Of a stretch of 64,000 nt of DNA, positions 1 to 9,293 are shown in pieces. The notes under the pieces are model-generated. The model saw nothing but the letters and a program-made list of their open reading frames with translations, was not told where the DNA came from and searched no databases. Positions within the stretch are counted from its first letter, which is position 1. Every line of letters begins with the position of its first letter. Source of the DNA: Candidatus Marinacidobacterium sp. (GTDB taxonomy: Bacteria > Acidobacteriota > Vicinamibacteria > Marinacidobacterales > Marinacidobacteraceae); contig OZ242011.1 in NCBI GenBank assembly GCA_965204755.1, positions 3,808,001 through 3,872,000 on the forward strand, read 5' to 3'. The position numbers were made by a program, and so were the translations under genes.

Positions 1-770
1 AGCGTCAGGTCGCGCGCCAGCCGCGCCTGGTTCAGCGGCTGGGCGGTGAGGGCGGCCAGGTGTTCGAGCAGCCGTTCCAGTCGCGAGGCGTCGCGGATGC
101 GGTTGGCGTCGCGCGCGTCCTTCGCCATGATCGCCATCAGGTAGTCGCGCCTCCACTGCCGCGCATCGGCGGGGTCGCGGCGGACGGCCTCCGGGTAACC
201 GCCGGCCACGACTCGGCGGGCCGCGTCCCTGCCCCCCTGCCCTCCGCCTTCGGCGCCGGCGGGCAACCGGACGGGAATGGCGCCGTCGAGGAGCGCCCGG
301 AGGAAGAGCCCCGGCCGACGCCCCTTCTCGGACTCGGTGAGCGGGTGCAGGCGGATGATCGCCACTCGTCCGGCGAGGGACTCCGTCACGGTGGGCAGGA
401 GGAGCAGGTCGCTCGATCCGGTGAGCAGGAAGCGGCCCGGCCGCCGGGCCTCGTCCACGGAGACCTTGATCGCGGGCAGGAGCGCCGGCGCCCGCTGGAC
501 CTCATCTATGGCGACCCGATCCGGGAGATCGCCCACGAATCCGTCGGGATCCTCCCGGGCCAGCCGGCGCAGGCGCTCCCGGTCGAGATCCAGATAGGCC
601 CGCTCCCGGTCGAGATGACGGACGAGCGTCGTCTTCCCGGCTTGGCGCGGCCCGGTGACCAACACCACCGGGGTGTTCTTCAGGGCCGCTCGGACGACCC
701 CTTCCATGGAGCGCGGAAGAAGCCGCCCGCGAAACGGATCTGGGTTTCCGGGCGTGTCAGATTGCGGCAT
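1..770 (-). CDS. AAA_14/DUF4143-family ATP-binding protein (3' end runs off the window)
   Basis: Manual translation from ATG 770 (alternative ATG 707) gives VVLVTGPRQAGKTT (Walker A), FVDEVQRAP (Walker B) and GRFLLTGS...ESLAGR. It is absent from the ORF track because there is no stop in the window. Confidence 0.85.
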   Translation of the reverse strand, partial: MPQSDTPGNPDPFRGRLLPRSMEGVVRAALKNTPVVLVTGPRQAGKTTLVRHLDRERAYLDLDRERLRRLAREDPDGFVGDLPDRVAIDEVQRAPALLPAIKVSVDEARRPGRFLLTGSSDLLLLPTVTESLAGRVAIIRLHPLTESEKGRRPGLFLRALLDGAIPVRLPAGAEGGGQGGRDAARRVVAGGYPEAVRRDPADARQWRRDYLMAIMAKDARDANRIRDASRLERLLEHLAALTAQPLNQARLARDLT

Positions 771-934
771 CGCGGGTCTGATTAGTGTAGGTCAACGGCC
801 AAAATTGATGTAAAGATGATCCGAATGCGGTTTATCGAGTTCGAAGACTGCTGCCCCTCTGGACCCACCTGCGGATGAAGGGAGAACTCCGGTAGTCGGA
901 TCGGGCCGACGGCAGCCAGGCGATCCCGCTGGCG

Positions 935-1861
935 TTGTCGCGCCTGCTGGAACGGATCGGCGCGGACAATCCCATGAGACCGTGCGCCGGGGGCCCCTAC
1001 GACTTCGAGTACCGCACCTATCCGGAGGTCGCTCTCCGGGAGGCGCTGATGAACGCGCTCTGCCACCGCGACCATCGGGTCGCCGGCCCGATCCTGGTGA
1101 AGCAGTACCGGGATCGGATCGAGATGACGAACGCCGGCGGCCTCATCGGCAACACCACCCCGGACAGCCACCTCCACCGGGCGCCGGCGGCCCGCAACCC
1201 GTGCCTCGTCGGGACGCTGCTGCGGTTGCGCCTTGTCAACCGCAGCAACTTGGGGAGGCATCGCATCTTCTCCCGCCTGCTGATGGAGGGGAAGGCGCCG
1301 ACGACGATCGAGGACCGCGACGGGGTCTATCGGATCGAGTTCCGCGCCTCGCCGGTGTCACCGGCGTTCCGCGCGTTCGTGGCCGACGAGGCGACGGAGC
1401 GCGGCGTGGCGCTCGGCGTGGACCAATTGCTCGTGCTGAACCACTTGCTCTTGCCGGCGGGGGAGGCCGATACGACGGAGTTGGCCCGGCGGTGTCAGCG
1501 CGCGGCCGGGGCGATGGAGGGAATCCTCGAGCGCATGGAGCAGGACCTCGGCTACCTGGAACGGAACGGGGAAGGTGATGTCCGGCGGGCGATCGAACTC
1601 GGAACCCCGGCGCGGCTGACGGCGGCGCGGAGCGCGGGCCCCGTGCCTCCCCGCGAGTGGGAGCCGGCGCGGGCGAGAGTCGAAGGGGTGATCCGGCGCC
1701 GGGCCGAGGGCGCCCGGGAGCCTCTTTCGAACTCCGATGTGCGCCGCATCACCGGGCTCGCCCGGAGGCAAGTGAACCGGTTGATCCAGGAACCGGTGCC
1801 GGACGGGAAGATACGGATCGTCGGCCAAGGCCGCGCCGCGCGGTATCTTCGGACCGGGTGA
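935..1861 (+). pseudogene. HATPase_c_4 (RecG C-terminal-like) plus winged-HTH part of an AlbA_2/Schlafen-type ATP-binding protein; probably N-terminally truncated
   Basis: Contains YPEVALREALMNALCHRD...IEMTNAGG...ARNP...LVNRSNLG and a C-terminal HTH (LSNSDVRRITGL...GQGRAARY). There is no N-terminal AlbA_2 domain and the TTG start is weak. Confidence 0.65.
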
Positions 1862-2053
1862 CGGACGGCCCCCGGTGTCTCGGGGGAATGTACCGGAGGG
1901 CGGTCCTCGGTACATTCCGGGGTCGGAATTGGCTTGGAATGTACCGGGAATCGCCGGAAATGGACCGAGACCCGGTCGAAATCGCTTGATGTCAAGGCGA
2001 ACCAAGGAGGGCGGCCGATCGCGGGGAAGGGTCGGAGGCGAGGAGTCGACGAG

Positions 2054-2075
2054 GAATGTCGGCGTGCCGACATTC
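2054..2075. repeat. Perfect 10-bp inverted repeat GAATGTCGGC-GT-GCCGACATTC
   Basis: Read directly; it lies between two convergent genes. Confidence 0.7.
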
Positions 2076-2100
2076 TTGGAAGTACAAGACGAATCAGAAG

Positions 2101-2889
2101 TTATCGAGTAGTTCGGGCGAGATTCCCCAATGCGCCGACAGGGGCTGCCGGTGGAAGGCAGGCGGCTACGGCGAGTGTGAACGAAGAGTGGGTCGTCGTC
2201 CAGAAACGCCAGGGCGACCGCTGTCGGAGAATGGACGGCGCCCCGGGTCGGAGTGCGTGGTGTTCGCGCGCTGCGGCTTCGGACGACGGCCGCGGGGTGG
2301 CGAGGTCGAAAGCGATGCGGGAGAGGGCGCCGGGCACTGCGACGCCGGCGGCCTTGCCCCAAGCCTCTTTCAGGGTCCACGCCCGGAGGAAGGCCGCCGG
2401 ACGGGCCGGTTCGGGAAGCGCGAGGAGCGCCCGAACCTCCGGCGGGAGGAAGTGGCGGCGGGCGATGGCCTCCGGACGGGTACGGCGGTCGAGGCGCTCG
2501 ACATCCACGCCGATGCGGGATGCCTCCGCGCTGGCCGCGGCGGCGACCAAACCGCGGGTGTGGGTGACGCTGACCGCGACAGCCTCGGCCGCCGAGGCCC
2601 CGGGCGAAGGCGGCCGGGACTCGGGATGGCCGGGCGCTCGCGCGTAGGGTGCGCCTGCCGGGCTCGCGCCGGTTACGACCTCCTCCGCGGCGATGCCGAG
2701 CAGGTCGGCGGCCAGCAGACGGACCAGGCCGCGGCCGATTCGCGTGCGGCGGCGGGCCTCCGGGCGCCGGCGGAGGGAGGCTCGTCGGTGGTCGGCGGCG
2801 CCGAGCAGCGGCGAGAGCGCCTCGTCGGCGGGGGCGCTGTCCGGGGCGGTGAGCAACCGCACCGCCGGGTGGATGGGGAGAGGCGCCAT
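2101..2889 (-). CDS. Sfp-type 4'-phosphopantetheinyl transferase
   Basis: Motifs VSVTHT, IGVDVE and FLRAWTLKEAWGKAAG. Start taken as ATG 2889 (the ORF extends to 2919). Confidence 0.85.
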   Translation of the reverse strand: MAPLPIHPAVRLLTAPDSAPADEALSPLLGAADHRRASLRRRPEARRRTRIGRGLVRLLAADLLGIAAEEVVTGASPAGAPYARAPGHPESRPPSPGASAAEAVAVSVTHTRGLVAAAASAEASRIGVDVERLDRRTRPEAIARRHFLPPEVRALLALPEPARPAAFLRAWTLKEAWGKAAGVAVPGALSRIAFDLATPRPSSEAAAREHHALRPGAPSILRQRSPWRFWTTTHSSFTLAVAACLPPAAPVGALGNLARTTR

Positions 2890-3060
2890 TCCGGCGCGCC
2901 GCGCCCGCGCCTCGTCCACCCCCCTACCCCGGCGCCCCGCAGCGGTCGGTGCCCGGGAACCCGCCTGTATCTCCCGGCCGCGGCGCGGCCCTTCGGGGCC
3001 GGGAGTGTTCCCCCCCGGCCCGAGGGCGGCCCGCCGCGCCGGCGCCGATCCGGGTCGGGA

Positions 3061-3990
3061 TCAGCGGGAGCGGTTCAGGAAGTCCAGGAACTCGCTGTCG
3101 CTGCCGATCACCAGGGTCACGCCGTCGTCGAGCGCCGTGCGGTAGGTGTCCAGCGACTTCATGAACCGGTAGAAGTCCGCGTCCCGCTGGTAGGCCTGCG
3201 CGTAGATGCGGGAGGCCTCGGCGTCCGCCCGGCCGCGGACCTCCTCCGCCTGGCGGAAGGCCTCGGACTCGATGGACTTGAGTTCCCGTTCGCGCTGGCC
3301 CCGGATCTCGGCGGCCCTCCCCTGCCCTTCCGACCGGCTGCGCTCGGCGATCCGCTGGCGCTCCGAGATCATCCGCTCGTACACCTTGGCGCGGACCTCT
3401 TCCACATAGTTGAGCCGCTTGATGCGCACATCCACCAACTCGATCCCGAAACTCGGCGTCACCTCGGACGCCTTTTCGAGGATGCTGCGGGTGATGGCGT
3501 TGCGGCCGTGTTCGATGTCGCCGACCGCCTCCTCGGCGGCGAACGACACCAGGTCCTCGGTGATTTCGAACTCCCGGTCGGTGATGCGGACGATCTCGAT
3601 CAGGTCGAAGGTGGCGACCGCGTTCCGGGTCTCGCCGTCGATGATGTCGTCGAGGCGGCTCTGGGCGCCGCGCTCGTCGTGGACCGACTGGAAGAACAGC
3701 AGGGGGTCGGCGATCCGCCAGCGGGCGTAGGTGTCCACCCAGATGAACTTCTTGTCGCGCGTGGTGATCTGGTTCGCGTCACCGTCCCAGGGCAGCCACC
3801 GCTGGTCGAACCGGGTGACCCGGTGGATGAACGGGGCCTTGAAGTGGAGCCCCGGCTCGGTGACGGCGTCGCCGATGGGCTCGCCGAACTGCGTGATGAT
3901 GACCTGCTCGGTCTCGGAGACGGTGTAGGTCGCCGAGGCGAGCAGGATGAGCGCGAGGATCGCGCCGCCGACGGTCAGGAGCCCCTTCAT
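3061..3990 (-). CDS. hflC: FtsH protease modulator HflC (SPFH)
   Basis: N-terminal TM, IITQFGEP...PGLHFKAPF, VDTYARWRIADPLLF and VYERMISERQRIA; ATGA overlap with hflK. Confidence 0.93.
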   Translation of the reverse strand: MKGLLTVGGAILALILLASATYTVSETEQVIITQFGEPIGDAVTEPGLHFKAPFIHRVTRFDQRWLPWDGDANQITTRDKKFIWVDTYARWRIADPLLFFQSVHDERGAQSRLDDIIDGETRNAVATFDLIEIVRITDREFEITEDLVSFAAEEAVGDIEHGRNAITRSILEKASEVTPSFGIELVDVRIKRLNYVEEVRAKVYERMISERQRIAERSRSEGQGRAAEIRGQRERELKSIESEAFRQAEEVRGRADAEASRIYAQAYQRDADFYRFMKSLDTYRTALDDGVTLVIGSDSEFLDFLNRSR

Positions 3991-5105
3991 CGCCGGCTCT
4001 CCCCGTCACGGACGCCGCCTCCCGGCGCCCCTCCCCCCGACGACCCCGACGGTCTGGCGGGCGCCTGCGCCCCCGGCCCTCCCCGAGCGCCGTTCAGGTT
4101 CAGCAACGGCAGGACATTCGCCCCGCTCTCGTCCACGATCACCTTCTGACCCAACCGGGGCATCACCTCCGAGATCGTCTCCAGGTACATCCGCGCCCGG
4201 GTCACCCGGGGGGCGTTCCGGTACTCGGCGTACACCGCTTCGAACCGGGAGGCCTCGCCCCGCGCGCGGTTCACCCGCTCGGCGGCGTAACCCTCGGCTT
4301 CCTGGATGAGCCGCTGCGCGTCGCCCCGGGCGCGGGGGATCGCCTGGTTGTACTCGGCGAGCGCCTCGTTGGTCAGCCGCTCCTTCTCCTGGATCGCCTC
4401 GTTGACCTCGTTGAAACTGGGCTTCACGGTGTCCGGCGGGTTCACATCCTGGAGCACCAACTGCTGGATGCTGATCCCGGTCTGGTAGCGGTCGTTGATC
4501 TCCTGCAGGAGGTCCTTGGCCTGGGCGGCGATCCGTTCCCGGCCCACGGTGAGCACCTCGTCCACGCTGTGGTCGCCGACCACATCGCGCATCGCCGCCT
4601 CGCTCATGTCCCGGAAGGTCGAGCGGATTTCCCGGACATTGAAGAGGTAGGCCCGGGGGTCCTGCACCTTGAACTGGACGATCCACTCCACGACCGCCAC
4701 ATTGAGGTCGCCGGTGAGCATGAGCGACTCCTCGAGGAAGTGGCGCTCGTCGTACACCGTCCGCACGCCGGCGCTCACCGTGCGGAAGCCGAACTCTTCC
4801 TTGAGTTGCCGCTCCACCGGGACCTTGGTGACCGACTCGATGAACGGGAGGACGAAGTGGAGGCCGGGGTCGGTGACCCGCGAATAGCGGCCGAACCGGG
4901 TCACCACGCCGGCCTCGTCGGGCTGGACCTGATAGACCGAGGTGAAGAACAGGATCAGCGCCAGAACCCCGCCGCCGATCCCGTAGAGCGTCCGTTTCGA
5001 AGTCCCGGCGAGGCGCGTCAGCAGCGCCTCGATGTCCGGGCGGCCGGAGCCGTCCCCCCGGAACGGCGAAAACGGGCCGTTTCCAACCCCATCCTGGAAT
5101 GCCAT
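3987..5105 (-). CDS. hflK: FtsH protease modulator HflK (SPFH)
   Basis: Motifs GVVTRFGRY, MLTGDLNVAVVEWIVQ, LQDVNPP, IPRARGDA...AEGY and TRARMYLET. Confidence 0.93.
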   Translation of the reverse strand: MAFQDGVGNGPFSPFRGDGSGRPDIEALLTRLAGTSKRTLYGIGGGVLALILFFTSVYQVQPDEAGVVTRFGRYSRVTDPGLHFVLPFIESVTKVPVERQLKEEFGFRTVSAGVRTVYDERHFLEESLMLTGDLNVAVVEWIVQFKVQDPRAYLFNVREIRSTFRDMSEAAMRDVVGDHSVDEVLTVGRERIAAQAKDLLQEINDRYQTGISIQQLVLQDVNPPDTVKPSFNEVNEAIQEKERLTNEALAEYNQAIPRARGDAQRLIQEAEGYAAERVNRARGEASRFEAVYAEYRNAPRVTRARMYLETISEVMPRLGQKVIVDESGANVLPLLNLNGARGGPGAQAPARPSGSSGGGAPGGGVRDGESRR

Positions 5106-5191
5106 GACTCGACTGCCTCCTCGTAAGCGGCGGATGCCCCGGATGCTATCGCGCCCTCCCGCCGGAAGCGGTCGCAGATAGCATTTCCCGC

Positions 5192-5707
5192 ATGGAACTT
5201 CCCGACCGATCGAGGACTTCGCGCCCGCTGCTCCGGGCGCTCGCCTCCGCCGCCGGCGCCGCTCTCGCCGCCTGCGGCGGGAACTCCCCGGCGAATCCCC
5301 CGGCCTCGGTCCCCGCCGCCCTCGCGCAGGAGGTTCCCTCGGACGCCGCCGATGCCGTCACCGCCGTGCTGGAGGAACAGGCGAGGGCCTGGAACGAGGG
5401 CGACCTCGAGACCTTCGTGGCCCACTACCTCGATTCGCCCCGGACCCGGTTCGTCTCCGGGAACACCGCGCTCTACGGGGTCGCCGACCTCCTCGAGCGC
5501 TACCGGCGCAACTACCCGGACCGGGCGGCCATGGGCCGCTTGTCGTTCGCCGAACTCGATGTGCGCGTCCTCTCGCCCGATTTCGCGTTCGTGTTCGGCC
5601 GGTTCCATCTCGAACGGGAGAACGACGCGCCCACCGGCCTGTTCACGTTGCTGTTCGAGAACACTCCCGACGGCTGGAAGATCTCGCACGACCACACGAG
5701 TTCCTGA
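5192..5707 (+). CDS. NTF2/SnoaL-like (DUF4440/YybH-type) lipoprotein
   Basis: Lipobox LAAC; AWNEGDLETFVAHY...GLFTLLF...WKISHDHTS. Confidence 0.8.
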   Translation: MELPDRSRTSRPLLRALASAAGAALAACGGNSPANPPASVPAALAQEVPSDAADAVTAVLEEQARAWNEGDLETFVAHYLDSPRTRFVSGNTALYGVADLLERYRRNYPDRAAMGRLSFAELDVRVLSPDFAFVFGRFHLERENDAPTGLFTLLFENTPDGWKISHDHTSS

Positions 5708-5737
5708 CCGGCGCCGCCGCCGGCGCCGAACGGCCGC

Positions 5738-8700
5738 CTACCGGTTGCGGCTGAGCGCCCGGAAGTACTCCTCCACCATCTCCCGGTAGGCCTCCGGGAC
5801 CCGCTCCGCGCCGAGGGCGGCGACCCCGGCGTCCTCGCCGCCGAACCGGGAGCGGCGCAACTCGAACTCGAACTGGCGGAGCGAGTCGAGCACTTCCGAT
5901 TCGAGGAGTTCCATCCCGCGGGGATCACGGCTCAGCCGCTCGGCGGAGAGGCCGCGCAGCGCCGCCAGCGCCGGGTCGAGGCGATCCGGCGAGATTCCAT
6001 CCGGGGGGGCCTGCCCCGAGCGGCCGATCCCGGTCATCGCCCGGCGCAGCGCCTCGGCGTCCTCGATCCGCTGCCGGAGTTCGCGTTCGAGTTGACGGAG
6101 GTCCTGCTCGCCATCCCCGCCGCCGGCACCGCCTTCCGCTCCCGGCGCGCCGGCATCCTCCGACGACGGCGCCGCACCGGAGGGAGGCGCGCCGCCTTCC
6201 CCATCGGCGCCCCCGCGTTGGGCCAGTCGGTCGCGCATCGCCTCCAACCCGCGGACCAAGGACTCGGCGCGTTCGAGCACCTGGTCTTCGCCGGCTCGCC
6301 GGGAGCCTTCGGCGACGCCCCGGGCGCGCTCGATCTCCTCGGCCAGCGCCGCCAGGTCCTCCCCGATCATCGCCTCGAACCGGTCGGCGTAGTCGGGGGA
6401 ACGTTGGGTGGCCACTCCCCGGGAGTACTGGATCTTCTCCTTGATCTTGCGCCGGCGGATCTCCTCCGCCGCGCCGCGGGCCGCTTCCGCCGCTTCCGGC
6501 TCGTCCCGGCTCCAGGAGCGGCCCACCGCGTCGAGGCCGCGTTCGAGGGCCTCGACGCGGCCGGCCAGTTCCTGTTTTCGCTCGTGGAGTTCGGCGATCC
6601 GTTCCTCCGACCGCCCCTCGGCGAGTTCGGCGACCGAGGAGCGGATCCCCTCCTGGGCAGACCGGAGGCGCCGGGCTTCTTCCGCCGCCCCGGCGAGGTC
6701 GCGCCCCAGGCGGCCGCGGCGCTCGCCGTCGAGTTCGCGCCGGGCGCTCCGCAACTCGTTCTCCGCCGAGAGGCCCTGCTCCAGTCCCTCGCCGCTCCCG
6801 GCCCTCATCTGCTGCGCCGCGTTCCGTAGCCGGCGGGCGACCTGGGAGAGGTCCGGGAGCGACCGCTCGCGAGCCAGCCGTTCCAGCCGCCGCGCGGCTT
6901 CCTCGGTCTCGTCGGCGATCCGCTGCTGGGAGGAGCCGGCGCCGCCCCCGGGCGCCGACAGCCCGCGCCGGCGGCGCTCGTTCTCCTGCTCCTGGCGCCG
7001 CGCCAACTCGGCGAGCCGCTCCATCACCTCGTCCACTTCCTCATCCGCCGAGGAGCGGCGCTGCTGCTCGACGGTCTCGTACTGGTTGCGCAGCCGATCC
7101 ATCTCCAACTCGAAGAGATGGGCCAGGTCCTCGGCCTCCGGCGGCGGGGCGCCGCCGCCCCCTCCCCCGCCGCCCTGGCCGAAGCCGACCTGGACTTCGC
7201 GGAACACCGCGTCAGCCCGCTGGAGGTGGGTGAGCGCCTTCTGCTCCGGCGGGAGGGCTTCGGCCGGTTCCCCGGCGATGAGCAGTTCCTCGGCGGCGGT
7301 CATCTCCACGAGGCCCCGGTCGAGATGGGCGACGATCTCCCCGAACTCGGCGGACCGGGCGATGCCGCGGTTCCGCAGCCGATGGACGAGCGTCGCCACC
7401 TGTTCGCGAAGCCGCCCCTGCGCGAGCCCGATGGTGGTGACCTGCTCGGCGGCGTCTCTCTCGTCGATCTCCTCGTCCCGGAGCACCCGGAAGGTGGCGA
7501 GCACGACCTGCCGCTGGCGCAGCGACAGGGTGCCGTCGAGGCCGTCCCCCCCGCCCCCGCCCCCGCCGGGAGCGGACTCCATCTGCCGGTATGTGCGGTC
7601 GAACGGCCGGATCGCCACGAAGAACAGGTCGGAAGCGGTCTCGCGCCCGGTTCCGTCGGCGGCGACCGCGTAGTAGGACACCAGGTCGCCGGGAACCAGG
7701 TCCCACTCTTCGAGGAACAGCGTGTGGCCGGACTGGGCCGAGCCTCCCGCCCCGGCGCCGGCCAGCCGGACGACCGTCTCCTCCCCGCCGTTCACCGCCG
7801 AGCGCAGTTCCAGCCGGGTGATCCGGTAGTCGTCCTCGGCGCGCACCTCGGTGAACACCTCCTCGACCGGGCTGGCCCGCGTGTCCCGGCCCGGCCGGAG
7901 GATGCGGACGATCGGCGGCAGGTCGTCGAGGACTTCGATCGCGTAGTCGCGCGAGGCGTTGCGGAGCGTCCCGGCGCCGTCCCGGAGCGCGATCCGGTAG
8001 GCGCCGCTCGCTTCGAGGAGGAGGGTGGCGGCGAGGACTCCCTCGGCCTCGGCGTCCGACGGGAGTCCCTCCGGGGCCGGGGCGAGCGGGATCGGCTCCT
8101 CGCCGCTGCCGAAGCGGACTTCCCCGCCGTCGGCGCGCACGCTGGGGCGAACGAAGACCCGCACCTCGGTCCCGGCCACCGCGGCGATGTCCCCGCCGGC
8201 GGTCACCGGGCGCGGCGAGAGGCCGGTGTAGGCCGGGTAGCGGTAGAGGAGATCGATCTGCTCGGTGTAGGGGACATCCTCGACTTCGATGCGGAAGACC
8301 GGGGAGCGGACGCCGTCCGCCTCGACGAAGTAGTCGGTCGCCGCGGCGACGCCGAGGAGCAGGTGGCGGAAGGCGCCGTCCTCGGGGTCGGGATCGAGGG
8401 CGAGGGACTCCCACGACGAGTCCCCCGAGGCTCCCCCGGAAGACTCGTTGTCGGCGCCGGGTTCCGCGCGGGTGTGGAGGACGGCGGACTCGGCGCCGAA
8501 GCCCTCCAACCGCGCGGTGATCCACTGGTCGGCGCCGGTGGCGATCGCGGCGTCGCCGGGCTCGACCAGGACGCGGTAGGGCGTGTGCTCGTCCGGGTCG
8601 GCCCAAGGGGTGAGCAGCAGGGCCGCGCCCCGGGAGACCGCCGGCGGCGCGAGCAGCGCCGCCGCCAGCGTGATCCCGAACACCGCGGCGACCGCGCCGG

Positions 8701-9226
8701 CGGCGCGGCGGAGACTCCGCGTCTCCACCGCCGCCCCGGCGTCCATCCCTTCGAGCCGGCGGACCGCCTCCTCGACGACCAAGGCGGTCAGTTCCGGCGA
8801 CGCGCCCGTCTTCGGCGGCCCTTCCCCGGCCTGCTTCCCCGGTTCCCTTCCCAGTTCGACGCCGCTCAGCACCGACTCGCGGAGCGAGGGATCGTGCTCC
8901 TCGACATAGAGGGCCACCTGCCGGTCGCTCCGGCGGGAGCGCAGCGGCCGCCAGACCGCCCGCCAGAGCGCCAACGCGAGGAGGGCCCAGGCCGCGGCGC
9001 CGAGCGCGCGGACGAGGGCCGCCGGGTAGCGGAGAGCGTCCATCGCCGCCGCGGAGGCGAACAGGAGCAACAGCGCCGCGGCGACCGTGACCGCGGCGCC
9101 GGCGAGCAGGCGGCGCGCGCGCCAGCGCCGCCGCACCCGGCGGACGACGGCGAGGAGTTCCGCGTAGGAACCGTTCTCGGGAGAACGCCCCCGATCCGGG
9201 GTCGGGGAGAGGAGCGAGAGCGCCAT
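5738..9226 (-). CDS. Large DUF4175-like membrane-anchored coiled-coil protein of the MoxR operon
   Basis: 1162 aa with N-terminal TMs, a beta-rich middle (YRYPAYTGL, AEDDY, LVPGDLVSYYA), long coiled coils and the terminal VPEAYREMVEEYFRALS motif. Confidence 0.75.
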   Translation of the reverse strand: MALSLLSPTPDRGRSPENGSYAELLAVVRRVRRRWRARRLLAGAAVTVAAALLLLFASAAAMDALRYPAALVRALGAAAWALLALALWRAVWRPLRSRRSDRQVALYVEEHDPSLRESVLSGVELGREPGKQAGEGPPKTGASPELTALVVEEAVRRLEGMDAGAAVETRSLRRAAGAVAAVFGITLAAALLAPPAVSRGAALLLTPWADPDEHTPYRVLVEPGDAAIATGADQWITARLEGFGAESAVLHTRAEPGADNESSGGASGDSSWESLALDPDPEDGAFRHLLLGVAAATDYFVEADGVRSPVFRIEVEDVPYTEQIDLLYRYPAYTGLSPRPVTAGGDIAAVAGTEVRVFVRPSVRADGGEVRFGSGEEPIPLAPAPEGLPSDAEAEGVLAATLLLEASGAYRIALRDGAGTLRNASRDYAIEVLDDLPPIVRILRPGRDTRASPVEEVFTEVRAEDDYRITRLELRSAVNGGEETVVRLAGAGAGGSAQSGHTLFLEEWDLVPGDLVSYYAVAADGTGRETASDLFFVAIRPFDRTYRQMESAPGGGGGGGDGLDGTLSLRQRQVVLATFRVLRDEEIDERDAAEQVTTIGLAQGRLREQVATLVHRLRNRGIARSAEFGEIVAHLDRGLVEMTAAEELLIAGEPAEALPPEQKALTHLQRADAVFREVQVGFGQGGGGGGGGAPPPEAEDLAHLFELEMDRLRNQYETVEQQRRSSADEEVDEVMERLAELARRQEQENERRRRGLSAPGGGAGSSQQRIADETEEAARRLERLARERSLPDLSQVARRLRNAAQQMRAGSGEGLEQGLSAENELRSARRELDGERRGRLGRDLAGAAEEARRLRSAQEGIRSSVAELAEGRSEERIAELHERKQELAGRVEALERGLDAVGRSWSRDEPEAAEAARGAAEEIRRRKIKEKIQYSRGVATQRSPDYADRFEAMIGEDLAALAEEIERARGVAEGSRRAGEDQVLERAESLVRGLEAMRDRLAQRGGADGEGGAPPSGAAPSSEDAGAPGAEGGAGGGDGEQDLRQLERELRQRIEDAEALRRAMTGIGRSGQAPPDGISPDRLDPALAALRGLSAERLSRDPRGMELLESEVLDSLRQFEFELRRSRFGGEDAGVAALGAERVPEAYREMVEEYFRALSRNR

Positions 9227-9293
9227 TCGGGAGCGGCGGGCGCGAGTATAGAGAGGCGGGGGGAGGCGGCGCGGCGGTCGGATCAGGCGGGGA

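Noticed and set aside
1875-2111. 78-aa ORF with NVP repeats
   Set aside because: It is short, has no RBS or recognisable domain, and is probably debris of the decayed upstream gene region.
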